Positions 49,071 through 59,630 are shown, numbered from the stretch's first letter. The stretch: DNA of 64,000 bases from Nitrospinales bacterium (GCA_965223345.1 CBDCWG010000012.1:2656001-2720000), one strand, 5' to 3'. Translations and numbers: made by a program. The notes: generated by a model from the sequence alone, not told the origin.

Positions 49071-51209
49071 ATGAATACGCTTTTCCTTCGGGTCTTTGCC
49101 TTTCTGATCGTGTGGTTTCTCTCGGTTCCTTTGCCCTCTTCCCAGTCGGCAACGCAAGACGTCGAGAACCGCATCAAAAAAATCGCCATGATGATGAACA
49201 TCGTGCCGATCGAGTACGGCGCCGCCATCGTCAATGGGGAGGTCGTGAACGCGGCGGAATATGAGGAAAGCCGGATTTTTCTCGAACAGTCGGCGAACCG
49301 GTTCAAAAAGCTGCCGGCCATTCCCGAGAAAAAAGCCGAACTCGCCGATATCGTCAAACGGTTCGAAACCCTTGCGGGCAAGATCGACAGCAAGGTCGAT
49401 CCCAATGAAGTATTGGCGCTGTCCTCGTCGATCAACAAGGATATTTTGCAGGCCTACGGCGTCAAGATCAACGAAACGCCTTCCACGCCGGTCTCGCTGG
49501 AGAACGGCAAGAACATTTATGTGTCGCGCTGCTCGGTATGCCACGGCATGACGGGCAAGGGCGACGGCCCCATCGCTGCGCAACTCGACCCGGCCCCGGC
49601 GGTGCTGGCGGATCCTGAGATCACCGGCGATGCCAACACGGTGGCGTACGACAATTTCCAGGTGATCAATGTGGGGATCGCCAACACGGCGATGATCGGC
49701 TGGGCGGATCTGCTGCCCGAGACGGATCTCTGGGACGTGACCTACTACATCCGCACCTTTTCCAACGAATCGGTGCAGCTTCCGCCCGCCGGCGGCAGCG
49801 CGGTGGTGGTGGCTGCCGGCAACGCGGATGCCGCCGCCCAGCTGGCGGAGGTGGTCATTTCCGAATCGCGCGGCCTGCTGCAGCAGAGCCTCGACGCGTT
49901 CCGCGAAGGCAAGACCGAGCAGGCTGCGGATCTGGCGTTCGACGCGTACCTGTCCTACGAGCGGATCGAAAGCGGGCTGGTGAACAAGCGCAAGGAGCTG
50001 GGCCTCAAGCTGGAATCGAACTTCAACCGCCTGAAAGCGGAGATCCGCCGCAACGCGCCGCAGGATCTGGTTGAAAGCGTCGCCTCTGAAATCGACGCCG
50101 ATCTTGAAACCGGGGTCGCGGTATTGAAAGAAAAGGTGGGATTCACCGGGCTGTTCATCCAGTCGTTTTCCATCATCGTGCGCGAAGGTTTCGAGGCCAT
50201 CCTGATCATCGCCGCGTTGATCGCGTTTCTCGTCAAGTCGCGCAATCAGGACAAGGTCAAAGCGATCTACATCGGCGTGCTGGTCGGCATCGTCGGCAGT
50301 TTCATCACGGCGTATGTGGTGCACGAGGTGTTGCACCTGACTCCCGCCAGCCAGGAGGTGCTGGAAGGCTGGATCATGCTGATCGCGGTGGTGGTGCTGT
50401 TCTGGGTGAGCTACTGGCTGGTGTCGAAGATCGAAGCGGAAAAATGGCAGGCGTACATCACGCAAAAGATGAAAACGGCCGTCACCACCGGCAGCGCGTT
50501 TGCGCTGGGCGGCGCGGCGTTTCTGTCGGTGTACCGCGAAGGGTTCGAGACGGTGCTGTTCTACAAGGCGCTGTATTTGTACGCCGGCGGCGGCACGCAG
50601 GGCATCGTGCCGGGTTTCCTGGCGGGCTGCGCGGTGCTGGCGGTGGTGTATTACCTGATCAACAAGCTGGGCGTGCGCGTTCCGATCAAATGGTTTTTCG
50701 CGTTCACCAGCGTGTTCCTGTACTTCATGGCCTTCACCTTCATGGGACGCGGGCTGCACGAGTTGCAGATGGGCGGCCAGTTGTCCCTGACCCCGGCTTC
50801 CTTCGTTCCGGAGATCCCCTGGCTGGGAATGTACCCGACCTGGGAGACGTTCATCGGCCAGGCCCTGCTGATCGCGGCGCTGGTGTTCGCGCTGGTCTAC
50901 ACGTTCGTGATCAAGCCGGAGAAGCAGGTCAAGCAGTTGAAAAAAGAGGCGTCGCACATTCAAAAGGACATCACCGCGGTGCACGACATGGTGGAGCACA
51001 TCTCCCACCACGCCAAGCGCTGCGAGATTTTTCTCAAGGACACCAAGGACCAGGACCTCAAGGAGTTGTCCGGGCACCTGAAGGAGATCGACGAGAAGGT
51101 GCACGAACTCTTCGATCATGTGGCGTATGTGAAGAACGAGCTGCAGGATGAGTACGACCGGCTCGGCAGCGCGGCATTTTCCAGCGAGGAAAAGAAAGGG
51201 CTCACTTGA
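49071..51209 (+). CDS. Cytochrome c-FTR1 (EfeU/PbrT-like) iron permease fusion with a His-rich C-terminal extension
   Basis: Signal peptide, EYEE, CSVCHG heme motif, two REGFE motifs in the TM region and a His-rich helical tail. Confidence 0.93.
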   Translation: MNTLFLRVFAFLIVWFLSVPLPSSQSATQDVENRIKKIAMMMNIVPIEYGAAIVNGEVVNAAEYEESRIFLEQSANRFKKLPAIPEKKAELADIVKRFETLAGKIDSKVDPNEVLALSSSINKDILQAYGVKINETPSTPVSLENGKNIYVSRCSVCHGMTGKGDGPIAAQLDPAPAVLADPEITGDANTVAYDNFQVINVGIANTAMIGWADLLPETDLWDVTYYIRTFSNESVQLPPAGGSAVVVAAGNADAAAQLAEVVISESRGLLQQSLDAFREGKTEQAADLAFDAYLSYERIESGLVNKRKELGLKLESNFNRLKAEIRRNAPQDLVESVASEIDADLETGVAVLKEKVGFTGLFIQSFSIIVREGFEAILIIAALIAFLVKSRNQDKVKAIYIGVLVGIVGSFITAYVVHEVLHLTPASQEVLEGWIMLIAVVVLFWVSYWLVSKIEAEKWQAYITQKMKTAVTTGSAFALGGAAFLSVYREGFETVLFYKALYLYAGGGTQGIVPGFLAGCAVLAVVYYLINKLGVRVPIKWFFAFTSVFLYFMAFTFMGRGLHELQMGGQLSLTPASFVPEIPWLGMYPTWETFIGQALLIAALVFALVYTFVIKPEKQVKQLKKEASHIQKDITAVHDMVEHISHHAKRCEIFLKDTKDQDLKELSGHLKEIDEKVHELFDHVAYVKNELQDEYDRLGSAAFSSEEKKGLT

Positions 51210-52753
51210 ATTTCCGCCTTTCAAAGCACACGCGTGGAATCCACAAATGGATCGGCCTGGTCTGCGCTTTCTTTTTCATCATTCTATCCGTGTCCGGCGT
51301 CATCCTCATGCACTATGAGGAACTGGGATTGAACGGCGTCACGGTCAGCGGCAAATACCTCCCCAAAAAATACTTTCAGGTGGCGACCCAGCGGCGCGCC
51401 ATTCAGGCGCTGCTGATCGCGCCGGACGATCCGTCTCTCGTTTATGCGGGCACCGACCTCGGGCTCTACCGTTCTCCCGATGCCGGGCGCACCTGGGTCG
51501 AGATCAACCAGGGCCTGTTCAGCCAGGACATCCGGACGCTGGCCGCGGGCGAAGGCCCTATCCTGTTTGCCGGAACGCCGCGCGGTGTGTTCAAGTCCGA
51601 AGATGGCGGCGGCAACTGGACCGACTGGTTCGACGCGTCGAGCGGGCTGAGCGAAGGCGCGGTCTGGCATGTTGCGGTGCACCCTGAGGATGCGGCGCGG
51701 GTGTTCGCGGCGACGCAGACCGGTCTGTTCGTATCCAGCGATGAAGGCGATAGCTGGGAACGGATCTTCCCCGAGCAGGCGGGCGCGGCGGGCCGCGCCG
51801 TGAAACAGGTGGTGTTTTCCGCAACGGCGGCGGACACGATCTACCTGGTCGCGGAGAAAAACGTGTTCCGCAGCCAGGACGGCGGCAAGGGCTGGGACCG
51901 GGTGTGGGCGAGCGACCTTTCCGAAAGCGTTTTCGATCTGGTTTCCCTGAAGACGGACCCGGAGTTTCTGTATGCCGCCACCGCGGACGGGCTGATGAAA
52001 TCCTTCAACGGCGGGCGCACCTGGGTGCGCAATGCGTTGCCGGGTTCGATGCGCGCCCTGTTTCCGGTGTCCGGCGACGTTTCGCAACTGTATGTGGCGA
52101 CGGAGGACTCGCTTTTTTACACGAACACCGGCGGCAATTCCTGGCAGGATCTCGAATTCGAGCACGACGCGATACAGGGAGCGACGCTCACGCGCATCGC
52201 CGATGCGGGAGGCGCCGCCCCTGCCCTGTTTGCAGGCACCTCCGCGGGACTCTCGGTCTCACGCGATGCGGGAAAAAACTGGCAGCCGATCGATCTTTCA
52301 GGAGACGCGAACCGGGTATCGGAAGCCGATTTGAAAATGGATCTGGTCAAGCTGATCACGGAAATCCACACCGGACGGTTTTTCGGCTCCTATTTCATGC
52401 TGCTGGTGGACTTGGCGACGGTGGGGCTGGTGATTCTGGTGGGAACCGGGTTCATGATCGCGATCGTGCGCGCCCGGGTGAAAAGCAGAAAACAGAAGAT
52501 CCTCGATGAAGAATCAGAAACGGACCGCGAGCTCGATATTCAGGAGACCGCACGCGATTTGAGCAGCGAGAGCCTTCAGATCCACGACATGATCGAGCAC
52601 ATCGGCAATCACCTGGATAAATGCAAGACCATCTACATGAAGCGCGAGAAAAAAGAGATCGAAGAGATCGACCGGCACATCACGACGCTCGATAAAAAAG
52701 TGCATCACCTGATGCAGCGTATCGGGGAGTTCGAAAAGAATTCTCAGAATTGA
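51206..52753 (+). CDS. PepSY-associated TM protein with a periplasmic BNR/Asp-box beta-propeller and His-rich C-terminal tail
   Basis: IHKWIGL...SGVILMH TM1, about seven S.DGG..W Asp-boxes, EIHTGRFFG before TM2; 4-nt overlap (TTGA) with the FTR1 stop. Confidence 0.88.
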   Translation: MNFRLSKHTRGIHKWIGLVCAFFFIILSVSGVILMHYEELGLNGVTVSGKYLPKKYFQVATQRRAIQALLIAPDDPSLVYAGTDLGLYRSPDAGRTWVEINQGLFSQDIRTLAAGEGPILFAGTPRGVFKSEDGGGNWTDWFDASSGLSEGAVWHVAVHPEDAARVFAATQTGLFVSSDEGDSWERIFPEQAGAAGRAVKQVVFSATAADTIYLVAEKNVFRSQDGGKGWDRVWASDLSESVFDLVSLKTDPEFLYAATADGLMKSFNGGRTWVRNALPGSMRALFPVSGDVSQLYVATEDSLFYTNTGGNSWQDLEFEHDAIQGATLTRIADAGGAAPALFAGTSAGLSVSRDAGKNWQPIDLSGDANRVSEADLKMDLVKLITEIHTGRFFGSYFMLLVDLATVGLVILVGTGFMIAIVRARVKSRKQKILDEESETDRELDIQETARDLSSESLQIHDMIEHIGNHLDKCKTIYMKREKKEIEEIDRHITTLDKKVHHLMQRIGEFEKNSQN

Positions 52754-52839
52754 AGTGTCGGGAAGACGGAGTCAGTCGGAGTGAGAGGTGCTGCGGCGCG
52801 TTCGTGTTTCCATTCCCTGGTTTGCCTGCGGGGAGTGTT

Positions 52840-53103
52840 TCAGTGGATGAGGCGTTTGCCGCGGCTTTTGGTTTGCTCGCAGGGATTCAGGTCGCGGGTG
52901 AATTCCATTTTCTTGAACTCTTCCCAGTCATCCCGGAACAGATTGAAGCCGACATAATCGAGGGCCTGCATGATTTCCGAGTCGGCGTATTTTTCTTCTT
53001 CCTTGTTGGCTTCACGAATGGCTTCTTCGATCGACTCACAGATTTTCGCAAACCGCTCTTCGTCTTCAAACATCAGAAAATTTTTCATAAAGTCAAAAGC
53101 CAT
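52840..53103 (-). CDS. Small acidic hypothetical protein
   Basis: 87 aa ORF with AGGAGAGGG RBS. Confidence 0.7.
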   Translation of the reverse strand: MAFDFMKNFLMFEDEERFAKICESIEEAIREANKEEEKYADSEIMQALDYVGFNLFRDDWEEFKKMEFTRDLNPCEQTKSRGKRLIH

Positions 53104-53160
53104 TTTCCCTCTCCTATTTTTTGAGGACGGTCTGCAAAAATAAGTTTACGGTATATTAGA

Positions 53161-53802
53161 TTAAAATTTCTTCACTGCCAACAAAAAATCTTCAATATCT
53201 TTTTGAATCGCGGTGTACTCTTTGTTGCGCATTCGGCTCGGGGATATGATCGATCCACCCAACGCCACCGCATCTGCACCGGCGGATAAAAACTGCGCCG
53301 CGTTCTTCGCGTTCACACCGCCCACGGCGAGCAATCTCAGGTTCTCAAACGGTCCCTTGACAGTGCGAAAGTATTCACTGCCCACCTGCGAAGCGGGAAA
53401 CACCTTCACCATTTCCGCGCCGGCATTCCAGGCCTTTTCGATTTCGGTCGGCGTGAGGGCTCCGGGGAAGTAAGCGGTGTTCTGGCTGCGGCAGTAATCG
53501 GCCACGGCTTCGTTGAGTGTGGGGGCGACGCAGAATTGCGCTCCAGAAGCGATGGCGGTCCGGGTTTCTTTGAGTGTGAGGACGGTGCCGGCGCCGATGC
53601 AGAGGACGCCGGAAAATTTTTTCGCCGCTTTTTCAATCAATCCCGCAGCGCCCGGTGTGTTGAGGGTGATCTCCACAAAGTGCAATCCCCCGGCGGCGAC
53701 GGCTTCGAGGACGCCTTCGAGGGATTCATGGGTGATGCCGCGGATGATGCCGAGAACCGGCAGTTTTTCAAAGCGCGCAGTGTCGTAACCCGGAACGGCC
53801 AT
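53161..53802 (-). CDS. eda: KDPG/KHG aldolase
   Basis: VEITL, IGAGTV, PGALTPTE, VKVFPA and VGGV. Confidence 0.9.
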   Translation of the reverse strand: MAVPGYDTARFEKLPVLGIIRGITHESLEGVLEAVAAGGLHFVEITLNTPGAAGLIEKAAKKFSGVLCIGAGTVLTLKETRTAIASGAQFCVAPTLNEAVADYCRSQNTAYFPGALTPTEIEKAWNAGAEMVKVFPASQVGSEYFRTVKGPFENLRLLAVGGVNAKNAAQFLSAGADAVALGGSIISPSRMRNKEYTAIQKDIEDFLLAVKKF

Positions 53803-53810
53803 GGGACGGG

Positions 53811-54767
53811 TCAGACATTCGCTTCCGAGGTCAGCTTTTCATAGAAGGAAAGATAATTGTCCTTGTCATCGGACTGCCGTAACTTCATGGCGGCGCGCGG
53901 ATGCAGATCCAACACTCCGGTGATCATGTAGGGGATGGTGTAACCCCATTCGATTTCCTGCTGCAGTTTCACGAAGTCGCTTTCCAGCACCTCGAGAATG
54001 GGCCGCACGTCGAATTTGGGATTCTTCAGAAAGCCCAGAAGCAGCTCGAGAGGACAATTGCCCGCGGCGCGGCCGATTCCGTAAATGGTGCCGTCGAGGT
54101 AATTGACGTTGCGGATGATCGCCTCGATGGTGTTGGCGAACGCCAGCTGCTGGTTGTTGTGGGCGTGGATGCCGATTTCCCGGGTTTTCAGGATGCTTTT
54201 GTATTTGTCCGCCAGGTAGGCGATCTGCTCGGAATACAGCGCGCCGAAACTGTCCACGAGATACACCACATCGACCTCGCTTTCCTTTTCCACCTGCTCC
54301 AGCGCTTCGTCCAGCTCCCGTTCGCGCGCGTGCGAGACCGCCATGATGTTGATGGTGGTTTCGTAGCCCTTGGCCTTGATGTTGTTGACCAGATCGATGG
54401 CCTTGTCTATGTCCTTGACATAAGAGGCCACGCGCATCATGTCGGCGTAGCTTTCGGATGCGGGCACGATGTCCTTGGGATCGAAGCGTCCGATGTCGGC
54501 CATCACCGAAATTTTACATTTCTTTTCCGTGTTGCCGATCACGTTTTCCAGATCCTTCTCCGAACAGAACTTCATCGGGCCGTACTCTTCCCGTTTGAAC
54601 TGTTTTTCATCGGCTTTGTAGCCCAGTTCCATATAATCGACGCCGGAATTGTTGATGGCGGTGAACACGCGTTGAACCATGCCGTTGTCGAACTTGTGGT
54701 TGTTCATCAATCCGCCATCGCGGATGGTGCAATCCAGAACCTTTATTTCTTTGCGAAACATTCCCAT
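53811..54767 (-). CDS. DRE-TIM metallolyase (4-hydroxy-2-oxovalerate aldolase-like catalytic domain)
   Basis: LDCTIRDGG, VDSFG, GIHAHNN and GIGRAAGN. Confidence 0.88.
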   Translation of the reverse strand: MGMFRKEIKVLDCTIRDGGLMNNHKFDNGMVQRVFTAINNSGVDYMELGYKADEKQFKREEYGPMKFCSEKDLENVIGNTEKKCKISVMADIGRFDPKDIVPASESYADMMRVASYVKDIDKAIDLVNNIKAKGYETTINIMAVSHARERELDEALEQVEKESEVDVVYLVDSFGALYSEQIAYLADKYKSILKTREIGIHAHNNQQLAFANTIEAIIRNVNYLDGTIYGIGRAAGNCPLELLLGFLKNPKFDVRPILEVLESDFVKLQQEIEWGYTIPYMITGVLDLHPRAAMKLRQSDDKDNYLSFYEKLTSEANV

Positions 54768-55001
54768 TCACTCCCCGAAGATCGAAACTCTTCGGATTCA
54801 AGGTCTATAAATAAAGCGTTGTTATCCAAATGAGTTGATTTCGATGATTATATTTTGATTAAATCAGGGGGTCAATTCAATTATCGAAAAAATCCCGTTC
54901 CCGACGCCGAAGCAAACATTTATATTTCAATTCTCTCGGGCTATTCAAGAACGGGTTCGGAGCCCAGATATCGGGGGGCATTCTCATTTTCAGAGGAGCG
55001 T

Positions 55002-55415
55002 ATGAATTACTGGCTGGTCAAACAGGAACCGTCGAAGTACAGCTGGGAGCAATTCGTCGATGATGGAAGCACTTACTGGGACGGCGTGCGCAATTATCAG
55101 GCGCGCAACAACCTCAAGGAGATGAAAAAAGGCGACCGGGTGTTTTTCTATCACAGCGTCACGGGAAAGGAGATCAAGGGCATCGCCCAGGTCACAAAAG
55201 AGGCTTACCCGGATCCAACCACCGATGATGACCGCTGGGTGGTCGTCGATCTGAAACCGGTCAAAGCGATGAAAACCCCTGTGACTCTGGACGATATCAA
55301 GGCGCATCCGGATCTCGGCTCGATCGCCCTCGTCAAGCAGAGCCGGCTTTCGGTCATGCCGGTCACGAAAAAGGAATTTCAGGTCATCCTGAAGATGGGC
55401 AACACGTCGGTTTGA
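55002..55415 (+). CDS. EVE domain protein
   Basis: YWLVKQEP, WDGVRNYQARN, FFYHS and SRLSVMPV; GAGGAG RBS. Confidence 0.95.
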   Translation: MNYWLVKQEPSKYSWEQFVDDGSTYWDGVRNYQARNNLKEMKKGDRVFFYHSVTGKEIKGIAQVTKEAYPDPTTDDDRWVVVDLKPVKAMKTPVTLDDIKAHPDLGSIALVKQSRLSVMPVTKKEFQVILKMGNTSV

Positions 55416-55540
55416 GCGGATGCAAACCGGACTCTATATAAAGTGTCTGGCGGTTGAGGTCTTTTTTTAAGGATTGACTCGAACCGCGCGGCGGGATAGA
55501 TTGGGCCTTTCGTTCACCGGGAACCCGGAGGGAGGATCCG

Positions 55541-55789
55541 TTGTTGACTGGCAAGCAGGCTCTGATCGTTGCGGTTTTGCTGTTTGCGTTCGGCTGTTCC
55601 GAAAAAAAGGACGCCGTTTCGCCGTCGGTCTCGCCCAAAGTCAAGACGGCGCCTTCCGCAGCGCCGAAAGAGGAGCATGTGAGTGGCAATGAAACGCCCA
55701 CCCAAAAGCCGTCCTCCCCGCAGCCGGGGCACATCTCCGGCAACTCACAGGACACCGCTTCCCCGGACCCGCATATCTCCGGCAACTGA
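55541..55789 (+). CDS. Small lipoprotein with three H[VI]SGN repeats
   Basis: GGAGGGAGG RBS, TTG start, lipobox AFGC and a Pro/Ser-rich body. Confidence 0.7.
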   Translation: MLTGKQALIVAVLLFAFGCSEKKDAVSPSVSPKVKTAPSAAPKEEHVSGNETPTQKPSSPQPGHISGNSQDTASPDPHISGN

Positions 55790-56462
55790 CTCCATCCAAT
55801 CCACCCTGGCGATCCTGGGATCGCTGACTTTTCTCTGGATCGGTAGCCTCGCGCTGCCCGTGCAGGCGGAGGCCGAGCCCTGCCGCGAAGAAATCCGCGC
55901 TCTGGAAGCGAAACGCGACAACGTGGCGGCGCAGGACGGGTTGTGGACCCTGTTCGAGCGATCCCCGGAGCTGCGCAACGATTCCAGCCTCGCCATGCAA
56001 GTCGATTCCAGCGCCAACAAGCTGATCGCCAATCTGATCTACCTGTGCGAAACGCAACAAGGCGTGCCGCTGACGGAGCTGGCAGATTTCGTGCAGCGCA
56101 AGGTGGCCGAGCAGGGCGCGGAGCGGTTCAAACAGGAAATGATCCTTCTCGGCAAACCGCCGAAAGAGATCGACGTGTGGATCGAGTACGCCGAAATCGC
56201 CGTGCGTAACCAGAAGCGCACCCTGAAGCCGGAAACGATCCACACCTCCATCGTGCAGGGGGAAAAGCTGATGGACGCCTACGCGCGCATCGCCGAGCGG
56301 CTGGAAAACCCGCAGGACGTCGGTTCCCTGCGCGCCACGTTCCTCAAGCTCAAGCAGAACATGGAGCGTTTTTTCGCTTCCGATCCCTATGTGTCCCTCG
56401 CCATCCTGGAAAACGTACAAATCCCCTACTGGGACATCGACGAAAACCACGGTGGCTCCTGA
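55683..56462 (+). CDS. Exported helical hypothetical protein (start uncertain)
   Basis: Hydrophobic signal-like segment ending VQA-EA; host-like codon usage. Confidence 0.75.
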   Translation: MAMKRPPKSRPPRSRGTSPATHRTPLPRTRISPATDSIQSTLAILGSLTFLWIGSLALPVQAEAEPCREEIRALEAKRDNVAAQDGLWTLFERSPELRNDSSLAMQVDSSANKLIANLIYLCETQQGVPLTELADFVQRKVAEQGAERFKQEMILLGKPPKEIDVWIEYAEIAVRNQKRTLKPETIHTSIVQGEKLMDAYARIAERLENPQDVGSLRATFLKLKQNMERFFASDPYVSLAILENVQIPYWDIDENHGGS

Positions 56463-56603
56463 TTTTTCAGAGCCCGTTGCCGCCCGCGGTGTTGCCACCG
56501 GCAGCCGCTTCGCGGCAGCCGGATTCTGTTAATTTTGTGATTCCCGCAAAATTGATTATACTCGGGACCGATTTGTCACTGAAAAACCAATGGAGGGGGA
56601 ACG

Positions 56604-57407
56604 ATGGGCAATTTTCTTGTGATCGGCGGCACGGGTGTGATGGGCAGCGCGGCAATCCAGGCGGTGCGCAAGCAGTACGGCAGCGAGGCCAGAATCCTGG
56701 CGAACTGGTACGGCAAGGAAGAGCCGGGTTTTGAGATAGAAGGCGCTGACGAAACGCTGTTCGGAGACATCACCGACCCGGGCCTGCTCGACAAAATCCG
56801 CGCTTTCGGAACAGGGGGCTTCGAATATCTGTTTTACGCCACCGCGCTGGGGGACGTGGGGACGCCGATCAAGGACGCGACGCAGGAGCAGATCGAAAAA
56901 TCCAACCGCCTGTCCTTCGACCCGATTCCCAAGCTGGAAGCGGCGCTGGATGTCAAAACCATCGTCACCTACTCCACGTTTTACACCATCCGGCATCAAG
57001 TCGCCACGTACGGGGCCATGGGCCATTCCAAGGAAGCCATCGAGAAGTGGACGGTGGAGCCGGGCAAATCCAAACGCGCCTGCATCCGCGCGGGATTGTT
57101 CGAATCGCCCTCTTCCCGCGGCATCAAGCTGCTGCTGCGCAAAACCGCCAAAAAGCCGGAAAACCTCAAGGACCCGCTGCTCATCGCCTATTTCAAGGAT
57201 GTGCCGTCCAGCCAGGGCATCAAGCGATTCGAGGAAGGCATCTTCACCGAAGAGCGGGAAACATACGGCGACGCCCGCACCACCCAGGACGATCTTTACC
57301 GGGCGCATCTGGAGCTGTTCAATACCGCGGATCCGGTATTTGTGAACGTCTGCGGCAAGAAAATCTGGCACTCAAAAGAGCCGCTTTTATTGCAGGATTT
57401 CCTGTAA
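56604..57407 (+). CDS. Atypical SDR / Rossmann-fold oxidoreductase
   Basis: LVIGGTGVMG and YGAMGHSK; GGAGG RBS. Confidence 0.78.
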   Translation: MGNFLVIGGTGVMGSAAIQAVRKQYGSEARILANWYGKEEPGFEIEGADETLFGDITDPGLLDKIRAFGTGGFEYLFYATALGDVGTPIKDATQEQIEKSNRLSFDPIPKLEAALDVKTIVTYSTFYTIRHQVATYGAMGHSKEAIEKWTVEPGKSKRACIRAGLFESPSSRGIKLLLRKTAKKPENLKDPLLIAYFKDVPSSQGIKRFEEGIFTEERETYGDARTTQDDLYRAHLELFNTADPVFVNVCGKKIWHSKEPLLLQDFL

Positions 57408-57628
57408 AACCGGCCCTCCGGCGTCTGTCCGTAATTCGCGGAATCTCAAGGATTCTCGGATCTCCGAATCGAAAATAACCGCTTAAAAACAATACTTTAT
57501 GGCTTTTTTGCCGAAATTGTTTTATAGTCAAGTATTCAGCATATCGAACACTTGGAGTCCTGCCAGCGCTTCCCCCACCGGAGGGAACGCTGTTTTGTCG
57601 TTCTCCCATCCTGCACCACAGGCTTTTT

Positions 57629-59359
57629 ATGAAAAAACGGCGGCAACCCCTTTCTTCGTCTGCGCGTTTGTCCCACAATGAGGGACTGAACCATCTGCTC
57701 GGCAGCGTGGTGCGGGATGTCAAGGACTACGCCGACCGCCTCCACTCCCAGATCCGCAAGCTTTCCGACATCGGCCGCGCCCTTTCCGGGGTGGACGACC
57801 TCAACGAACTGCTGGAAATGATCGTCGATCAGGCCCGCAGCTTCACGCATGCGGACGCCGGGACCCTGTACATCAAGGAAGGCGACGAGCTGCAGTTCAT
57901 GATCTTTCAGAACGACAGCCTGAACATCCGCATGGGCGGAAAAACGGGAGACGAGATCCCCTTCCCTCCCGTCGAGCTCAAGGAAACCAACGTCTCGGCC
58001 TTCGTGGCGCTGAACGGCATTTCCGTCAACATCCCGGACGTGTACGACACGGCCCTGTTCGATTTCACCGGCCCCAAGGAATTCGACCGCTCCACCGGCT
58101 ACCGCACCCAGTCGATGCTGGTGGTGCTGATGCGCAACCACGAGAACGACGTGCTGGGTGTGCTGCAACTGCTCAACGCCAAGGACCCGGAAACCGGGGA
58201 GGTGATCGCGTTTTCGCCGGAATGCGAGAACCTCACCGAGTGCCTCGCTTCCCAGGCCGCCATCGCCATCTCGAACGTGCAGCTGGTCAACGACATGGAA
58301 AACCTGTTCGAGGCGTTCCTCAAGGTGATGGCCACCGCGATCGACGAAAAATCTCCGGTCACCGGCGGCCATATCCGGCGCGTGGCGAACCTGACGCTGA
58401 CCATGGCGGAGGTGATCGACGCGCAGCAGGACGGCGTGTTCAAGGACCGGTTTTTCGATACGGACGCCATGCATGAGCTGCGCATCGCCGCCTGGATGCA
58501 CGACATCGGCAAGGTGACCAGCCCGATGGAGATCATGGAAAAATCCCGCAAGCTGCAGACCATCTTCGACCGCATCGAGCAGGTGGATCTCAGGATGGCC
58601 TACATTCAGGAGCGGATCAAAAACGAGGGGCTGAAAAAGCGCATCCAGGCCATGCAGGCGGTCACGCCGGCCGCCGAGCTGCGGCGCATCGAGGAGGAAA
58701 CCGCCAAACGGCTGCAGGAAGTCGTGGACATCCGCGCGTTCATCCTGCGCTGCAACGAGCCTGGCGAAACCCTGGACGACGCCAGCATCGAGAAGCTAAA
58801 GGCCATCGCCAAGCGAACCTACACCGACGCCAAGGGGCGGGAAAAACCGTTTCTGGAAGCGGACGAGCTGGAGTACCTGTCCATCCGCCGGGGCACGATC
58901 AGCGAGGCGGAACGGGAAAAGATGAAAGAGCACGCGTACGTGACGGTCAAGATGCTGGAGCAGATCCCCTTCACCAAAAAGCTCAGGAACATCCCGCATT
59001 TCGCCGGCGCGCACCACGAATGCATCAACGGCACCGGCTATCCGCTGGGGCTCAAGGGCGATGAAATTCCGTTCGAAGGCAAGCTGATGGCGGTGGTGGA
59101 CATCGCCGAAGCGCTGACGGCGACGGACCGGCCCTACAAAAAACCGATGTCTCTGGAAAAGGTGCACCAGATTCTCAGAACCCGCGCGCAGCGGGGGGAT
59201 CTGGACAGCGACCTGGTGGAGTTGTTCATCGAGCAGGGGGTTTACGAGAAGTATCTGGAGAAGTACGAGCCCGGCACGCAGCCGCCGGCCGTGAACGGCA
59301 AAGCAAACCCTTCATCCGTTTCACGCTTCGAAGCCATCAAAACCCGGGTCCGGGTTTGA
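57629..59359 (+). CDS. GAF + HD-GYP cyclic dinucleotide phosphodiesterase
   Basis: GAF region (FDRSTGYRTQSML, VLQLLN); HDIGK, HHECINGTGYP, DIAEAL and RPYK. Confidence 0.95.
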   Translation: MKKRRQPLSSSARLSHNEGLNHLLGSVVRDVKDYADRLHSQIRKLSDIGRALSGVDDLNELLEMIVDQARSFTHADAGTLYIKEGDELQFMIFQNDSLNIRMGGKTGDEIPFPPVELKETNVSAFVALNGISVNIPDVYDTALFDFTGPKEFDRSTGYRTQSMLVVLMRNHENDVLGVLQLLNAKDPETGEVIAFSPECENLTECLASQAAIAISNVQLVNDMENLFEAFLKVMATAIDEKSPVTGGHIRRVANLTLTMAEVIDAQQDGVFKDRFFDTDAMHELRIAAWMHDIGKVTSPMEIMEKSRKLQTIFDRIEQVDLRMAYIQERIKNEGLKKRIQAMQAVTPAAELRRIEEETAKRLQEVVDIRAFILRCNEPGETLDDASIEKLKAIAKRTYTDAKGREKPFLEADELEYLSIRRGTISEAEREKMKEHAYVTVKMLEQIPFTKKLRNIPHFAGAHHECINGTGYPLGLKGDEIPFEGKLMAVVDIAEALTATDRPYKKPMSLEKVHQILRTRAQRGDLDSDLVELFIEQGVYEKYLEKYEPGTQPPAVNGKANPSSVSRFEAIKTRVRV

Positions 59360-59390
59360 CGGGCGGATCGAGACTCTTTCCTTCAAAGCG

Positions 59391-59630
59391 CTATTTCTTT
59401 TTCGGGCGGTACGGACCGGTGCGCATGTAGTTGTCGTTGAGCTTGACGTGCTCGTCCACCTGCACTTCCGCAGAGAGGTTGGAATCCCCGAACTCCTCCA
59501 ACTCCTTGAAAGCGGCGTCCTGGGATTTCTTCTTCAGCATCGTGGTCCGCTTTTTACGCGCGCGGACGGGTTTGGACTCGGTGGCTTCGCGGTATTTTTG
59601 CTTGTCCCGGTGTGAGATGTTGAGAATCAT
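59391..59630 (-). CDS. Small basic hypothetical protein
   Basis: GAGG RBS before ATG 59630. Confidence 0.65.
   Translation of the reverse strand: MILNISHRDKQKYREATESKPVRARKKRTTMLKKKSQDAAFKELEEFGDSNLSAEVQVDEHVKLNDNYMRTGPYRPKKK

Noticed and set aside
48969..51224. 751-aa minus-strand ORF
   Set aside because: Antisense shadow of the FTR1 fusion
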